A stretch of DNA of 20,000 nucleotides from Chiloscyllium plagiosum (lineage: Eukaryota). The notes under the pieces were generated by a model, which was not told where the DNA came from, made no database searches, and was given only the letters and a program-made list of their open reading frames with translations. This document shows positions 19,200 to 20,000 of this stretch, piece after piece (the stretch's first letter is position 1; each line of letters begins with the position of its first letter). The stretch lies in NCBI RefSeq assembly GCF_004010195.1, contig NC_057754.1, positions 8,703,790-8,723,789 of the forward strand. The letters are read 5' to 3'. The translations under genes and the position numbers were made by a program.

Positions 19200-19575
19200 G
19201 AGGATATGGATATTGGCTAGGACAGCACTTGTTGCTCATCCCTAATTGCCCCTGAAAGAAGGTGATAAGTTGCCTGCCTGAACCGTTGCAAGCCTTGTGA
19301 TGTTGATGTGCCAACAGTCCCGATAGGGAATGAAGTTCCACAGTTTTGAACCAGTGTCAGTGAAAGCTCAGCAATATAATTCCAGGTCAGGATGGTACAC
19401 AGTTTTGTTGGGAACTTGGAGGTGATGGTGCTTCCACTGTCTTTGTTCTTCGAGGTGGCAGAGGTCATGGTTATTGAAGTGCTGTGTAAGGAGATTTGGG
19501 CACTTTCTGTATTGCATCTTGTAGACAGTACTCACTGCTGTTACTGAGCATCAGTGGTGGGGGGAGTGAATGTTT
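19200..19575 (-). mobile_element. 3' end of the second CR1-group LINE family
   Basis: Reverse complement of the pattern at 7860-7955, 10075-10375 and 19585-19792. Confidence 0.75.
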
Positions 19576-19584
19576 ATGTCTGTG

Positions 19585-19792
19585 ACACCACCTGCAATTT
19601 CTCCTCCAAGCCTCTCATCATGCCGACTTGGAAACTTATTGCCGTTCCTTCACTGTCATTGGGTCGAAATCCTAGAATTCTCTCCCTAAGTGCATTATGG
19701 GGTCTTCAGCACATGGCCTGCAGTGGTTCAAGAAGGCAGCTCACCGCCACCTTTATTAGGGCAACGTGGAATGGGCAATAAATGCTGGCCAG
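19585..19792 (+). mobile_element. 3' end of the second CR1-group LINE family
   Basis: caccacctgcaa..gacttggaaa.ttattgccgttccttca..ggttcaagaaggcagctcacc..gggcaataaatgctggcc. Confidence 0.75.
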
Positions 19793-20000
19793 GTAAAAAC
19801 AATGACTGCAGATGCTGGAAACCAGATTTTGGATCAGTGGTGCTGGAAGAGCACAGCAGATCAGGCAGCATCCAAGGAGTAGCGAAATCGACGTTTCGGG
19901 CAAAAGCCCTTCATCAGGAATAAAGGCAGAGAGCCTGAAGGGTGGAGAGATAAGTGAGAGGAGGGTGGGGGTGCGCTGAAAGTAGCATAGAGTACAATAG
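19792..20000 (-). mobile_element. PLE family B 3' tail with intact hammerhead motif (continues beyond the window)
   Basis: Minus strand attc-CUGAUGA-AGGGC-uuuu-GCCC-GAAA-CGUC-gatt at 19886-19921; near-identical to 2722-2886. Confidence 0.88.

Overview
Eukaryotic, repeat-dominated genomic DNA, almost certainly from a cartilaginous fish (shark-type HE1/V-SINE, DeuSINE-like SINE, CR1/L2 LINEs, Penelope-like elements), with a 450-N assembly gap at 5591-6040. No intact host gene is complete in the window. There is a CpG-island promoter/candidate first exon running into the gap and a frameshifted C2H2 zinc-finger array. The most unusual structure is at about 745-5590: a Penelope-like element (PLE) bracketed by inverted pLTR copies, in which the segment between the RT thumb and the GIY-YIG endonuclease is replaced by about 3 kb of antisense, LTR-less retroviral sequence (decayed gag plus an unidentified decayed ORF). 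The window also holds about ten minimal hammerhead-ribozyme motifs from at least three PLE families. Several lie in very short insertions that start at the ribozyme and carry 11-14 bp target-site duplications, including one fold-back palindrome. All family assignments are by eye from motif recognition; no searches were run.
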